This document shows positions 41,901 through 54,600 of a stretch of DNA of 64,000 bases, in pieces. The position numbers and the translations under genes are program-made. Every line of letters starts with the position of its first letter. The first letter of the stretch is position 1. The notes under the pieces are model-generated. The model saw nothing but the letters and a program-made list of their open reading frames with translations. It was not told where the DNA came from and ran no database searches. Source of the stretch: Antedon mediterranea (lineage: Eukaryota > Animalia > Echinodermata); contig NC_092677.1 of the NCBI RefSeq assembly GCF_964355755.1, positions 23,361,175 to 23,425,174 of the forward strand, given 5' to 3'.

Positions 41901-44900
41901 ATACCATTCACTTTGATCTTAGCTCCTGGACTTCCAGGCTTGATTTCAACTTCACCATCACTGTTTGAAACTATTGCATGTTTCTTCTGGATGCTAAAAC
42001 AAGGAAACAGACATATGCCATTTTTAAACTTAAAATGTATGAAAATGATTCCCTGAGGTTGAAAAAGCTCCCAAATTCTTAACCAGTAAAATCAATTCAC
42101 ATGCACTTTAACGAACCCAGTTCATCAATTAAGATGAGTATGAGTAGGTGGGGGGGGGGGGGGTGTCGTGTTTACCCCAGTCAGCTGGTTCACAAAATAG
42201 CCCCTGTGTCACGGATATCTGATAGGGCAGTGATTATTTTTACTATTGGTAAACCTTGGCCTAAAGACATAAAATAAAATGAAAATAAACACATTCGGTA
42301 TACTAGACTTTTCAGAAAACCTGAAATCCCAGCCCAAGGGTGTTCGGTATTGGGAAAGTTGACTGGACTCCCAAATACCTTATTAAATCAACAAACAAGA
42401 GTCAAATACAGTATTTTGAATATATTTTTTATTTCTTGCTACCTAAATATACCACATTTGTTATAAACATTTTTTTTAAGATTAAAAAAGTTGTAGTTCC
42501 AAAAAAAAATATTTAAAATACATTACCTCAAACCATTAAGTGTAATAGTTGGTTGAGGGTCAGCATCTTTACGTCCGAACGTTGTTTCACTAGAGCCAAG
42601 GAAATGACAAACAACTCCTGACAATTGTGGATCTTCATTTAGGTTCAATAAATGTGGTTCTTTCTTCTTTCTACTTGCGGTCAAATCTCTTTCATTATTT
42701 TCACTTACATCCTCAGCCCTTTGTTGTTCAAGCTTTTACAAAATAAATAATATATCTTTCATGTTTATATAATAACAATCTCCGTTAACAGTAAGTCTGT
42801 TCAGGCTACAATCGACTTTCTTACTTCTTATTACAAACCTTACTCAATGATGTCATTGCTACATTTTTACATTTCTGTTTAAACTGAAGGTTTTGTGAAT
42901 AGAAAACTTAGTAGCAAAGGTATTTTAAGTTAACAATTTATAATAGCACCCTTTGCAAAAAAACAACCTATGTTTCATATAAGTTTCGTATATCGCGTCG
43001 TTTCATATAAAAACGTATACGAAAGACAGGAAGTAAAACAGGAAGTTAATTGCAGTATACGGCCGTATACGATCAGTATACGCTCGTATATGACCCACAT
43101 ACGGCTCGTATATGACCCGTATACGGCCGTATATTACTCGTATACGGCTCCTATATGATCCGTATACGACTCGTGTACGAGACGTATACGACTACTTGAC
43201 CACAAAACCTCCATTAACTGTCTAATCTAAACAAATTCCCGAATTAATTACAATTGTATGAAACGGAGTATTATCACTTGTTGCAATTAAGACCGAAACA
43301 ACAACGACAATACGCCGATCGGCTGCTTACGCAAAGCAAGGATTTCCCTTTTTAAAGTTCTTTAGAAACACCACGAGTCGTCGCTCAAGCGGGAAGAGTA
43401 GGCCTAGTCTAGCCTACTACATGAACACTGTAGGCTTACTAATGCATTGACGTCAAACAAAAAATTACGTAAGGGCAAAATTCGCTAAATCGTTTTATAA
43501 ACGTTTTACTCAAAAGGTACATAAAGCAGGGAGTTGTAAAATTATTTATTATTATTTTACAACTCCCTGCATAAAGTTACTTTCAGTAGTGATTTTAACC
43601 ACCTAATTTATATATTAATTAAATTCATTTGTTATACAGAACCTGTATTAAGGGTACACATTCGGAATCCAAACAAATTGAGTAAATTTCCCTAGTAAAT
43701 TAATATAATTAGGCCTATTTGGTATTTTTTGTTTGTATAGAGGTTTCCCAGAAGGAGGGGTTATACTGTAATTAGTTATTTAGGTTAAATAATTTGCTCC
43801 GAACATTTTAAAACATACACAGTACGGTACTGGATTCTGTTCTTAAGAACATTTACAAAGAACGATTGAGCGTCGAAACTATAAATAGACGATGGAGAAT
43901 AATTATACGATACGATGAATCAATACATGAACCAACTGAACTTCTAAATATAGTGTTCGGTTAATCGTACAAAAGGATGCCGACCTCTAACCCGGCCCTC
44001 CGTGTTGTTATCTCGGCGCGTTTGAAGCTGATCGACTCGAATTTTTTTTAACCTAACAATAATTGTAACAAGTTTGTACAGTAATGGTTCATAAACACAA
44101 CATCGATCAAAACAGTACTGGTTTATACTATGGTTTAAACATAATAATAACCGAATTTACACAATGTATTACATTTTGAATGTAGTCCTACAGTGTTAGG
44201 TTAAATTCTCTTTGTGGCTAATATAGGCCTACATTCAAACATTATTTGTTTGTTTCTTTAATTTAAATAACTGCATTTCCGCCTTGTATAGGCCCACACA
44301 TTAAATAGGGTGGGTTTAGTATTTTTTTTATTAATTTGTTTGTTAATTAGCATAACATAATGTATCATAAATTATCGTATGACGAATGTTGTTTAGATTT
44401 TTTATTTTTTCCTGAAAATAAATATAAATACATAGAATTGACCAGGCTTTTAGGCTTTCTGGTAAGGTAGAATGCAGAACAATTTCAATAATTTCAGCAG
44501 AAAAGAGGAAACACCGTAAACTTTGTAATTCTGTGCCGCGCTTGCAGACAGCACGGCATTTTAACAAAAACCTATTTAATTGAAGCAAAACAAAACAATG
44601 TACAGTACGTTGTTATTGTATGTCTTGTATTGTATATTGTATTGATCTTTAACAGCTTGGACGTGTTTGTCCACAAAAAACGTTTTCACTTTGTGTATCC
44701 GGTGATGATTTGACCACCAGAGAAACGTTCAAAGGAAAACAACACCTCACGCGGAAAGCACATCGGGGTGATAGGATTTCCCCATTTAGGCCTACACCAC
44801 TCGATCAAAACCGCAACACCGGCGTTCAACGCCCGTCTTTATTCAACAACTGTGCGTGGTTACACACCGTTGCGGTGATGTAAAAACTTCCAGGGTAGGC

Positions 44901-45565
44901 TTACTTCGGCCCTGTCCCCCAACCCTTCGGGGCGTTGAAGCAGCGCGAGTTAATCGAGTGACACAGTAGGCCTGTGATTTTTACCTAATAAAACCATATC
45001 AATTTTACTTTGAGTATGCCCTTCGTCTTAATATGGCCTTTTGCAATGCTATTCAAAAACCCTGAATACAGTTTAATGCAATCTCATCAATTACGTTAGT
45101 TAAAAGCAAGGAAAAGAGGCTACTAAAGTATCATCAGTACAACTTTTATAATAGGCCTATACATGATGTTATATTCTCCAAACATCATCACGCGATTTAA
45201 TATAGCCTTCTAATAATATATAATACAAAATAATAATGTGTTTTACGGTAGGTATTGTTAGGGTTTATTTAATTGATTTATCCAAAGGAAATTTACTGAC
45301 AAAAATGACAATACGAGTATCAGTGGATTAGTGATTGGTTTTGTAGATTAAGAGTAATCATGTATTTAAATTACATGTTGTACTTGTTATATTTGGAGAA
45401 GGAGAAGGAGGGGAATGAATGAGTTTTATTACATGTTACCGTATGTGTAGATTAAGTATGTTTTTGTCTATCTTGTGCTTTCATTTATTACCGTATATAT
45501 TTTTGTTGGACGCACCTTCAAAATGTGAAGTGTGCCACTGTTACAAAAGTAAAGTTCCGAAATAA

Positions 45566-45625
<60 letters not shown>

Positions 45626-48600
45626 TAACCATCCCGCAACTGACTTTAGTTACTGGAGAGTAAAGAATGGTTATAATCCAACTAATTACCTATTTTCCCC
45701 AAAAATGTCAAAGATCATCATTGTAATCTAATTTCATCTAAAGTAGTGAATACTTTGGTATTCATAACATTTAGAACAAAGTATTCTTCTCGAAATCATT
45801 TCCGAAATTAATAGATTATTAGAGTTTATTTCGGAATACCTTTGAAGATCAACATTGGCGGTTAGAGTCTAAGAACGCGTTGAAGCAAATCTAACTGTCA
45901 GTTGTTTATATGCCCAAGCAAAATCAGAAAGGGCTTTTGATGTGCATTATATAAACACGGCATTGCTCTCATTCACTCATTGCATTATTTATTACAAATC
46001 ACAAACAACCTTTGCCTGAACAAAAATGAGCACTCGTGAAAATAGTCAGGAGAATGGGCCGTGGATTGATGTTATGAAAGCGAAATATGGGAATCAACCC
46101 TTATACGCAGGGTCACAGATTTCCACGGTAGACAGCCTGAGTTTGCTGATGGCATATTGCCTTGAGCACAACGCAACAGAACGTAATATATCTAATATTT
46201 TAGATATAATACAACTTCATTTGCCAAAGGAATCAACAATTCCAAAACATCTAAGGTCGTACTACTACCTAAAACAAGATTACGACATAGGGAAAAAAGA
46301 AACAATTAACAAACATCCCATATGTAGTCATTGCGGCTATCTGTCGGAAGATGGGATGGATGCAACAAGTTGTTCTATGTGCAAGAGGTTGGGTACATTT
46401 ACCAACGAATCTTATTTTATCACATTGGACATCAAAAGCCAACTAGAAGAATTATTTAAAGGTAAGTTTGAATTTCTTTCGTCTTGCCTTTATACTCGTT
46501 AATATTTACTACACGTGTATAATATACAGTATTAGGGCAATTTAAGGAGTATGAATTGTAAATAAAACTGAAATTGTAAACCGCAAATTCTTGATGAGCG
46601 AGGATGAACTAATAATATGTATTTTTGTACTATACTTAGGCCTACAAAACTCCGAACGTTCACTTTCTAAAAATTTATTTTGATCATGTCACTTATTGCC
46701 AATTGTTTGCACGCACCCTTTGTGAAATTGAATAGTTATATAGTAGGATTGCCATATAATGTGGGGCTTTTGGTTAATATTTGTCTTCTTTTTACCCAGA
46801 TCCTGCCGTGGTAAAGGGATTGTCTGTCAATAAAACATCGGAAGATGGGGTAATTCGGGACATTTATGATGGAGAAATATATAAACGCCGAAATACTTCA
46901 ACGGACACATTGTTGCTAACATTAACTTGGCATTTTGACGGTGTGAGTGTATCCAAAAGTTCGAAGCAGTCGATTTGGCCTCTTCATGCGGTCATAAATG
47001 AACTGCCACCAAAAAGAAGGTAGATTTTTGTGGGCTTTTTTATTCACTCACTCTCCCCTTTACCGCTGGACCACTGTTCCTCATGTAACCGCATTTTAAA
47101 ACTTAGATTAACTATTTTGATGTTTAATGTTACAGGTTCAATAAGAATCGTATTCTTATGTTTGGCCTATGGTCTGGAGACAGTAAGCCTCAAATGCCAT
47201 CGTTCATGATACCATTGACGCCCATTATTAACGATCTGTATAACAATGGTAAGAAATATAATTTGTTGTAATGTTTACGTTTCTTTCTCTTAATTTACGA
47301 GTTTGCGCCAGTGTTGGTCAAACATTGTATTTGTAACGTGTTGTTCCAATAATCAAAATATTAGAAAGCAGAAAAGGTGTTCGTTTACCACGGACTAACA
47401 CTTTATAGGCCTACTGTATTAATTAGGTTAGTGGCCGGAACTAAACACCGTAGCGTAGGGATGATTTCCGGACACCATGTTATTTATTTAAGCCTATTAA
47501 ATTCCTAGAAATGCATATCGGTCCGTGGAGATCGGTCCATGAACTATTTTCCACTATTATATGTTCGCGCAACTCAAAAGCGTCAGCTTATACGCATGCG
47601 TATTCATTTTCCAATTTCCAAATCCCACTCTTAGGAGGCATGCGTCGTGTAAGCTGAGCTGAGGTGGTGAGGTGATGATTCGCGCAGCGCAAACAAATTC
47701 GCCTTTCCGATTTTTCGGAACATGAATACGCAATACTGTAGTATAAAACCTTGCGCCTACATTGCTGGTTTGCTTATCGTTTCCAGCAAATTTTGTCAAA
47801 TCGTATAACATATGACCGGAGTGGGGGTTTGGGGTGTAGACTTCCTCCAAGTGTTAGAACGAAGACGACTAACAGATAACATTAATAATAATAGTTAGGC
47901 TAGACTAGAGGCCCTCCATCGGCCCTACTTTGTCTCTACGTTCTGAACTAGGCCTACACTCTTTTTGGCCCTAGACTAGTCACTAGTGGTGGTGTATGTA
48001 AGCTAGTGTTTTAGTGCGACTAGGCCTATGTTAGACAAGTAACTAACTAAAGTAATAATTAATATAGTATAACCTAGCTAGGCCTAGGCCTAGATATAGA
48101 GACAGCATAAAACAAAGAAGGTGGTATAAAATTACAAATATCTATGATTATTTAGTATAGTAGCATGTATTTTGAAGTTGATTCTTTTTAGTGGTTTAAC
48201 ACAGTGTAAACTATAGGTAGGGATACCGAGAGCTGACTCCATTTTCATTACCACGATTAAACAGCGCGCACGTTACTATGCGCGCAATGTCATTGACGCG
48301 GTGTTTTTTTACTTTGGTAAACACTTTTTATTAGGTAATTGTTCTGAAAATAAATAAATTATAAATATATCCTTTTGAGTATATATTTATTTACCTATTA
48401 TTCTATAAGATCAAGTATTTTTTATTTCCATTTCATTCAACCAAAAATGTGAATATAGTGGTTAAAAGATCGTTATCGCCTAGCGCGTATAGCTTTTGTT
48501 TACTACGAAACCCTCGGAAGGCTCAATGACCTACCATTTCAACCTTATTTTTGTAGTTGAGCCTCTTATGACCTCAAAATGTTTTTTATTCCTACACCAA

Positions 48601-51600
48601 GATAATATAGTTCCACATACCATGTGCTTGTTACTAAGAAAAATATTAATTTTAACTGCTAAAAAAACAATTTTATCCCGATATGAGGCCTTTATGATTC
48701 GAATATTTCATAGTAACAACCCATATACCATAAAAAATATCCGTTTAGTCCATTTTTTAAATAATTTTTGAAAAATTCCGAGGGGCTCAACTACAAAAAC
48801 GCCATTTTATGGTATGATGTCATCGCAAGCCAATCAAACCTCCGCTCCGCAAGTCCCACGGTTGAACGATTTTGGATTCTCGCCCTTTGATTGGTTGACG
48901 CCATTCAACACACAGCGGAATAATTTTCTCGCGAGTGCCGTGAAGTCACATGGTGTCAGGCCTGTCCAATTACACAGGAAAATAATGCATTGAAATTCTT
49001 CGAACGAGGTTAAATAAACACTCTTTTTTATACAATAAATAAGTAATATCATATTTTATTGAATTTTACAATGTTGATATATAAAATATGTTACTTAAAA
49101 TCGTGATTTTATATAATTATTTTTACGAAAAATGACTAGTTCATACAATTGTCGACTGAGGGCGCAATTTGTTTATATCGTTCGTGGCTAAAAACGATCA
49201 TTTTCGGCGATGTTTTAAACCCTATATTTCGAAAAGTACAAGTCATATTTTCATAATTCTTTCTTTATTATAATATTGATACAAAATACTAACAGGCAAT
49301 GTATAATTTGTTTGAAAAATATTAACTTTTAATTTTACATCGTTATCCCTACTATAGGCCTAGGTTATGTAAATTTATGACATTTTATGACATGACAACT
49401 TTTAAATTAACAATTTATTAAACAATTGTTAACATTTTAAACATTTTTTTCAAACTTCACAATTTGCTTGATGAGTTTGCCAGTTAAATTTAAAACATTA
49501 TAATTTATCGTAACATTTAAAATACACTGTAATTGACCGCTTCATTGGTTCCTTTATTACTCAAAATAAACCATTGAATTGTGGTTTGAGAGTGATTACA
49601 ACAGCTAAAATTGTTTATTTGCCTTTTTAATTATGTCTGCTGCCTTTGTCTTGATTTTCTTTGTAACACTTTGTATGGCTAATTGTTTATATCTCATTTA
49701 TATACTGTACTTATGCATAGTACTGTAGTTATAATTGTTGTCTGCCTTTGGAATTATTGTTCATTCCTAATGATGCTCAAAAAATAAAGATCAAAATGTT
49801 GAATCATGGCTTCCCCGTATTATTTAATATTTTTATTAATCAGTTTTAGATATTAACATGATTTCCCACATGATCAATAATATAGCTTAATTATCTCAAT
49901 AGTAATAGTTTATGATTAATTTTTGTATTATTCTCCTTTGTTTTAAAATATTTCAAATGAGTGACTGACACATACATGTACCTATAGACTCCCATTAGTC
50001 ATAAGTTTAACCAAAATGATAAAAGTTTAGTAATGCTGCCATCAGATTCTTAAAAACGTCATCTTGAATCTACTGTTTTATTTTGTGTTTTATGTTATAG
50101 ATATTTTATATTGTCAATTGTTTATTTTAAATAGGAATAAGCATCGGTGGACGTGAAGTTAAGGTTTTATTCCATGTAGGGACCATGGATTTGTTGGCCA
50201 TGTGTTTGACCAAAAACATGCAACAGTTTAATGGCAAACATGGCTGTGGAATGTGTGAAGTGTCTTCTGTCCGCGTACCTAAAGGAAAGGGAAGCGTATC
50301 TGTATATCCATGGATTCCTGCCAAACCCAAACTGCGTACTGCCAATGACATGATGGAGCAGGCAAAAGAAGCCATGCAAACTAAAGACTGTGTAAGTAGA
50401 CCAATAGTTTTTTTATAGAAAAGTAGTTTAGGTAGGGTTTGTTTTTTGGCAGTTATTTAAACAATTAAATTTACCTTTATTTTTATTTTATTTCCTAGGT
50501 CAAAGGAATAAAGGGATATACTATGCTATCCAAGATAACATATATCGACCCAGCTACAGACATTGTAGTCGATTACCTTCATGGTGTTTGTTCTGGCTTG
50601 ATGAAGAGCATGCTAAAAGTGTTGTTATTTGATCGCAGCAAACCGTGCTACATTGGTGATCAGATGACCGAGCTGGATGCGCGTTTGTGTGCAATCAAAC
50701 CTACTGACTGTATTACTAGAACACCAAGGTCGATTGGAGAAAATTTTGCAGATATCAAAGGTTAGGCCGAACTATTGACTTTATTTTATTATACATATTG
50801 CAGTTTTTAATCTTGTGTAAACTAAAAAAAAAAAAACTCTTCTATTTTTTCAAGGGATAAGCTAAAGCTGTTCCTGTGTTGGGTTTAAGGAACACGAAAA
50901 TAAGAAAGTATATATTATGTGTACTGTATTGTTTTTTATTAATTTTGATGTATAACGATATTAATTGATTATATTTTCAGCGGCTGAATTTCGTGCCTTC
51001 CTCATATATTATGGATGTGCCGTTTTTAAGGGTATCTTGCCAGAAGAGTATTATGTCCATTTTTGTTTGCTTTCATCTTCAATTTATATTTTAATGCAAG
51101 AAGAAATTACCCAAAATGAATTGGCAGTGGCAGAGACCAACTTACAAAAGTTTTATTACTTGTTCACTGACCTGTACGGTAAGTATTTTTAAGAGAATTG
51201 AAGAAACTATCTAGTGTTATTAAAACAAACAAAAAACAGTCCTATTTAGTAATGTTTAACAACTTTTCACATCATTGTATGGTTTTAAATTTAATAAAAA
51301 CAATATTTCTCACATCAATACTGATGTTAGAAACATGTAGTAATAGATCAATATGCCTCTTTTGTTTTTGCAGGTAAAGAAAATTGTACCATAAATTTGC
51401 ACAACACCTGTATGCATCTTGTGGATTGCGTAAGAAATGCAGGCCCTTTGTGGGCATTTGGGTGTTTTGCATTTGAAAGCAATTGCGGACAGATGGCCAA
51501 ATTTGTACGTGGCACTCGACATTGTGGGATGCAGGTAAAGCAATTGTTTCAGATTTATTTTTTTAAAATGTATATATAATATAACTTGCACTGATGAAGG

Positions 51601-54600
51601 GCTAGTGTTGGCCAAAAGCTTAGCTAATTTTAATGGATATTTATTTTTTATCTCCATTGAGATCCAGCCACAGCATTGAAATTTGTTCGATAATTTGCCT
51701 TTGAAATAACTAAGCTTTCACTTTTCAGAAATTGTGCCTCCTTCATAATATTTCATTCATTTTATTTATATATATATTTTTATTATTATTTGTTACTACC
51801 TCATTTTTCTTTAACTATGAACATTGTGCTGTATTTATATATTATGAAGGAAATAAATATTATGAAATGAAAATATAAAAATAAACAATTGTCTAATTTA
51901 AAAATCATTTTATCATATTTTTGTAGGTTGTAAACAATTACAAATATTTACAACGAGTTAAAACACTGGCAACTGAATCCAGAAGTCCTAGAGTTAAACA
52001 GCTCATTGGGAAAATGACTGGAGAAAAAACAATGTGAGTAACTTTTTTTTACATTATCACTTACAGTAATTCCTGTAATAACCATGTAATTCAGCAGTTA
52101 TGCTGCTAATTGGTTTTTTTTGTGTTATCAATAAATAACAATTAAAACCATGAATGTGTAAACATTGTTTCTGTATTAAAAGCTATAGCTCTTTGTTTAG
52201 CACAGGGCCTATTGTTAATTCGAACTTTGACTCTTCATTTTGTCAATGTTATCTTGTTGAAGCATTAAATCACTTAATAGACTTAATTTCTATTTATCTT
52301 ATCTGCCTTAGCTTTAAAACGCTGCATATTTAATATTTTTTTTAAATAGATTCTACACAGCAATTGTATACTTTCAGATTTATTTTTAAAAATGTATATA
52401 TAATATAACTTGCACTGTAAGGGCTAGTGTTGCCCGATAGCTCTGCTAAATTTCTGCCTGTTTTAATTATCGTTTTGATTTAGCTTTTCGCTTTTTTTTG
52501 TATCTCCATTGAGATCCAGCCACTGATACCCACAGCATTGTCATTTTTTCAGTAATTTGCCTTTGGATTTATAATATAACTTGCACTGATGAAGGGCTAG
52601 TGTTTTCAGAAATTGTGCCTCCTTCATAATATTTCAAACATTTTATTTATATCCAAAGACAAATTACTGAAAAAATGACAATGCTCTGGGTATCAGGGGT
52701 TGGATCTCAATGGAGATACAAAAAAAAAGGGAAAAGCTAAATCAAAACGATAAAGTAAAACCGCAAGAAAAGTTAGCAGAGCTTTCGGGCAACACTAGCC
52801 CTTCATTTATATGTATATTTTTATTATTATTTGTTACTACCTTATTTTTCTTTAACTATGAACTTTGTACTGTATTATTTATATATTATATGTTATGAAA
52901 GAAATAAATAATATGAAATGAAAATATAAAAATAAACAATTATCTAATGCTGCTAATTGGTTTTTTGTTATCAATAAATAACAATTAAAACCATGAAATG
53001 CGTAAACATTGTTTCTGTATTAAAAGCTATAGCTCTTTGTTTAGCACAGGGCCTATTGTTAATTCGAACTTTGACCCTTCATTTTGTCAATGTTATCTTT
53101 TTAAAGCATTAAATCACTTAATTTCTATTTATCTTATTTGCCAATTTTTTGTTGTTGTACCATTTTTTTTGTCAAGGTTCTGTTACACTGTTTTTATTTA
53201 TGTACCAAAAAATGATACCTGAAATTCATGCCTTCTGCTTTATATTAGCTTTAAAACGCTGCATGTTTAATTTTTTTTAATAGAGATTCTATACAGCATG
53301 TTGGTAGTAAACGACTGAATGAGGATTCTATGGACACAAAAATGGTCACTTCCTTCTTTAACTGCAAAGTTCAAAATGTTTCAAGATATTCAAAGTTGGA
53401 AAGAAAGTTTGACACAATTTACTCCGAAGATTGCAATAAGATAAAAAAAAGGATTGCCAATGTTGTCCAGTTCCGTGATGAAGAAGATGTAAAAATCGCA
53501 AGAATTAAATACTTTTTAGATGCCGATGGTAAAAATGTGGCTGTTGCGCGTGTGGCAACCATAACGTGTGAGAATGTTTATAAAGAAGGAAACAATGCGC
53601 TTTGGGTAAAAGCCAACATATGCGAAGACACTGGAAATTATGCAAAACGCATACAATTTGAAAGGTAAAATCAATTTTATCAAATCCATACAATAATGTG
53701 AACTCATTGAGCAAATTTAAACATAATATTACTAGTTAGATAAATAGCAATTCATTGTTCTTGCAGTAAATAAATTATTGTGTTTAAGTGAATGCATATG
53801 TACATTTAAGTACACCGAAAGCAAACATGAATTGTACAATTTTCATTCGATTTAATCTATAAACAGAAAGGAAAAAAATGTCAATATTTTCCATGTTTTT
53901 TTAGCACAATATAAAGATGTTTAAATATCCACATTCTTTACACTACTGTAATGTGCTTAAGCAAATTTAAACTTAATTACAAGTTAGATGAATAGAAATT
54001 CATTGTTTTTGCAGTAAATAAATTATTGTACAATTTCCATTTGGTTTGATCAATAAACAGTTGAATAACAAAAAAATTGTTAATATTTTAACACAAAATA
54101 ACGATTTTTTTTTTTTTTTTTTTTCATTTTTTAGTATTGAACTTCACATTATAAGAGTTGAAAATATCCTGAAGAAGGTTGTGTATATGGAAACTGATTT
54201 AGATGGAGGCATAGCTATTCCTATTGCTTGTAGGTGGGAACACGACTGATCTCTGTGATGGTTGCTGTTGTTCAGTCAGCGGTGTCCTATAAAATGATTG
54301 CTGTGGTTGGTTCGCATTGTTAGACCTTTGATGGTTTTCGGCAGCATGATTGTTATATTGCCACGAAGGTTCTTCCCGAGGCTGCTGTTGTTCCAAACTA
54401 GTGAAATGAAGATGAAGAAGTCAAAATGTCATATCAAATCAAAAGGTTCTTTTCAGAACCACAAAATTACAGAAAGAGATTTGAATTTGCAATTTTTATC
54501 CACGTATGGCTTAAAATAAAACACAACCACATATTGTTCTTCCATTGAAAACCCTAGATTCACTATATTCCATCTACAGAACTAATTTAAAATATCGATA

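Noticed and set aside
43200-46000. Fanzor/TnpB cargo gene in the transposon arm
   Set aside because: No ORF or exon set with RuvC motifs is visible.
47557-47850. 97-aa minus-strand ORF in transposase intron 3
   Set aside because: No recognisable motif and a non-ATG start; probably a repeat remnant.
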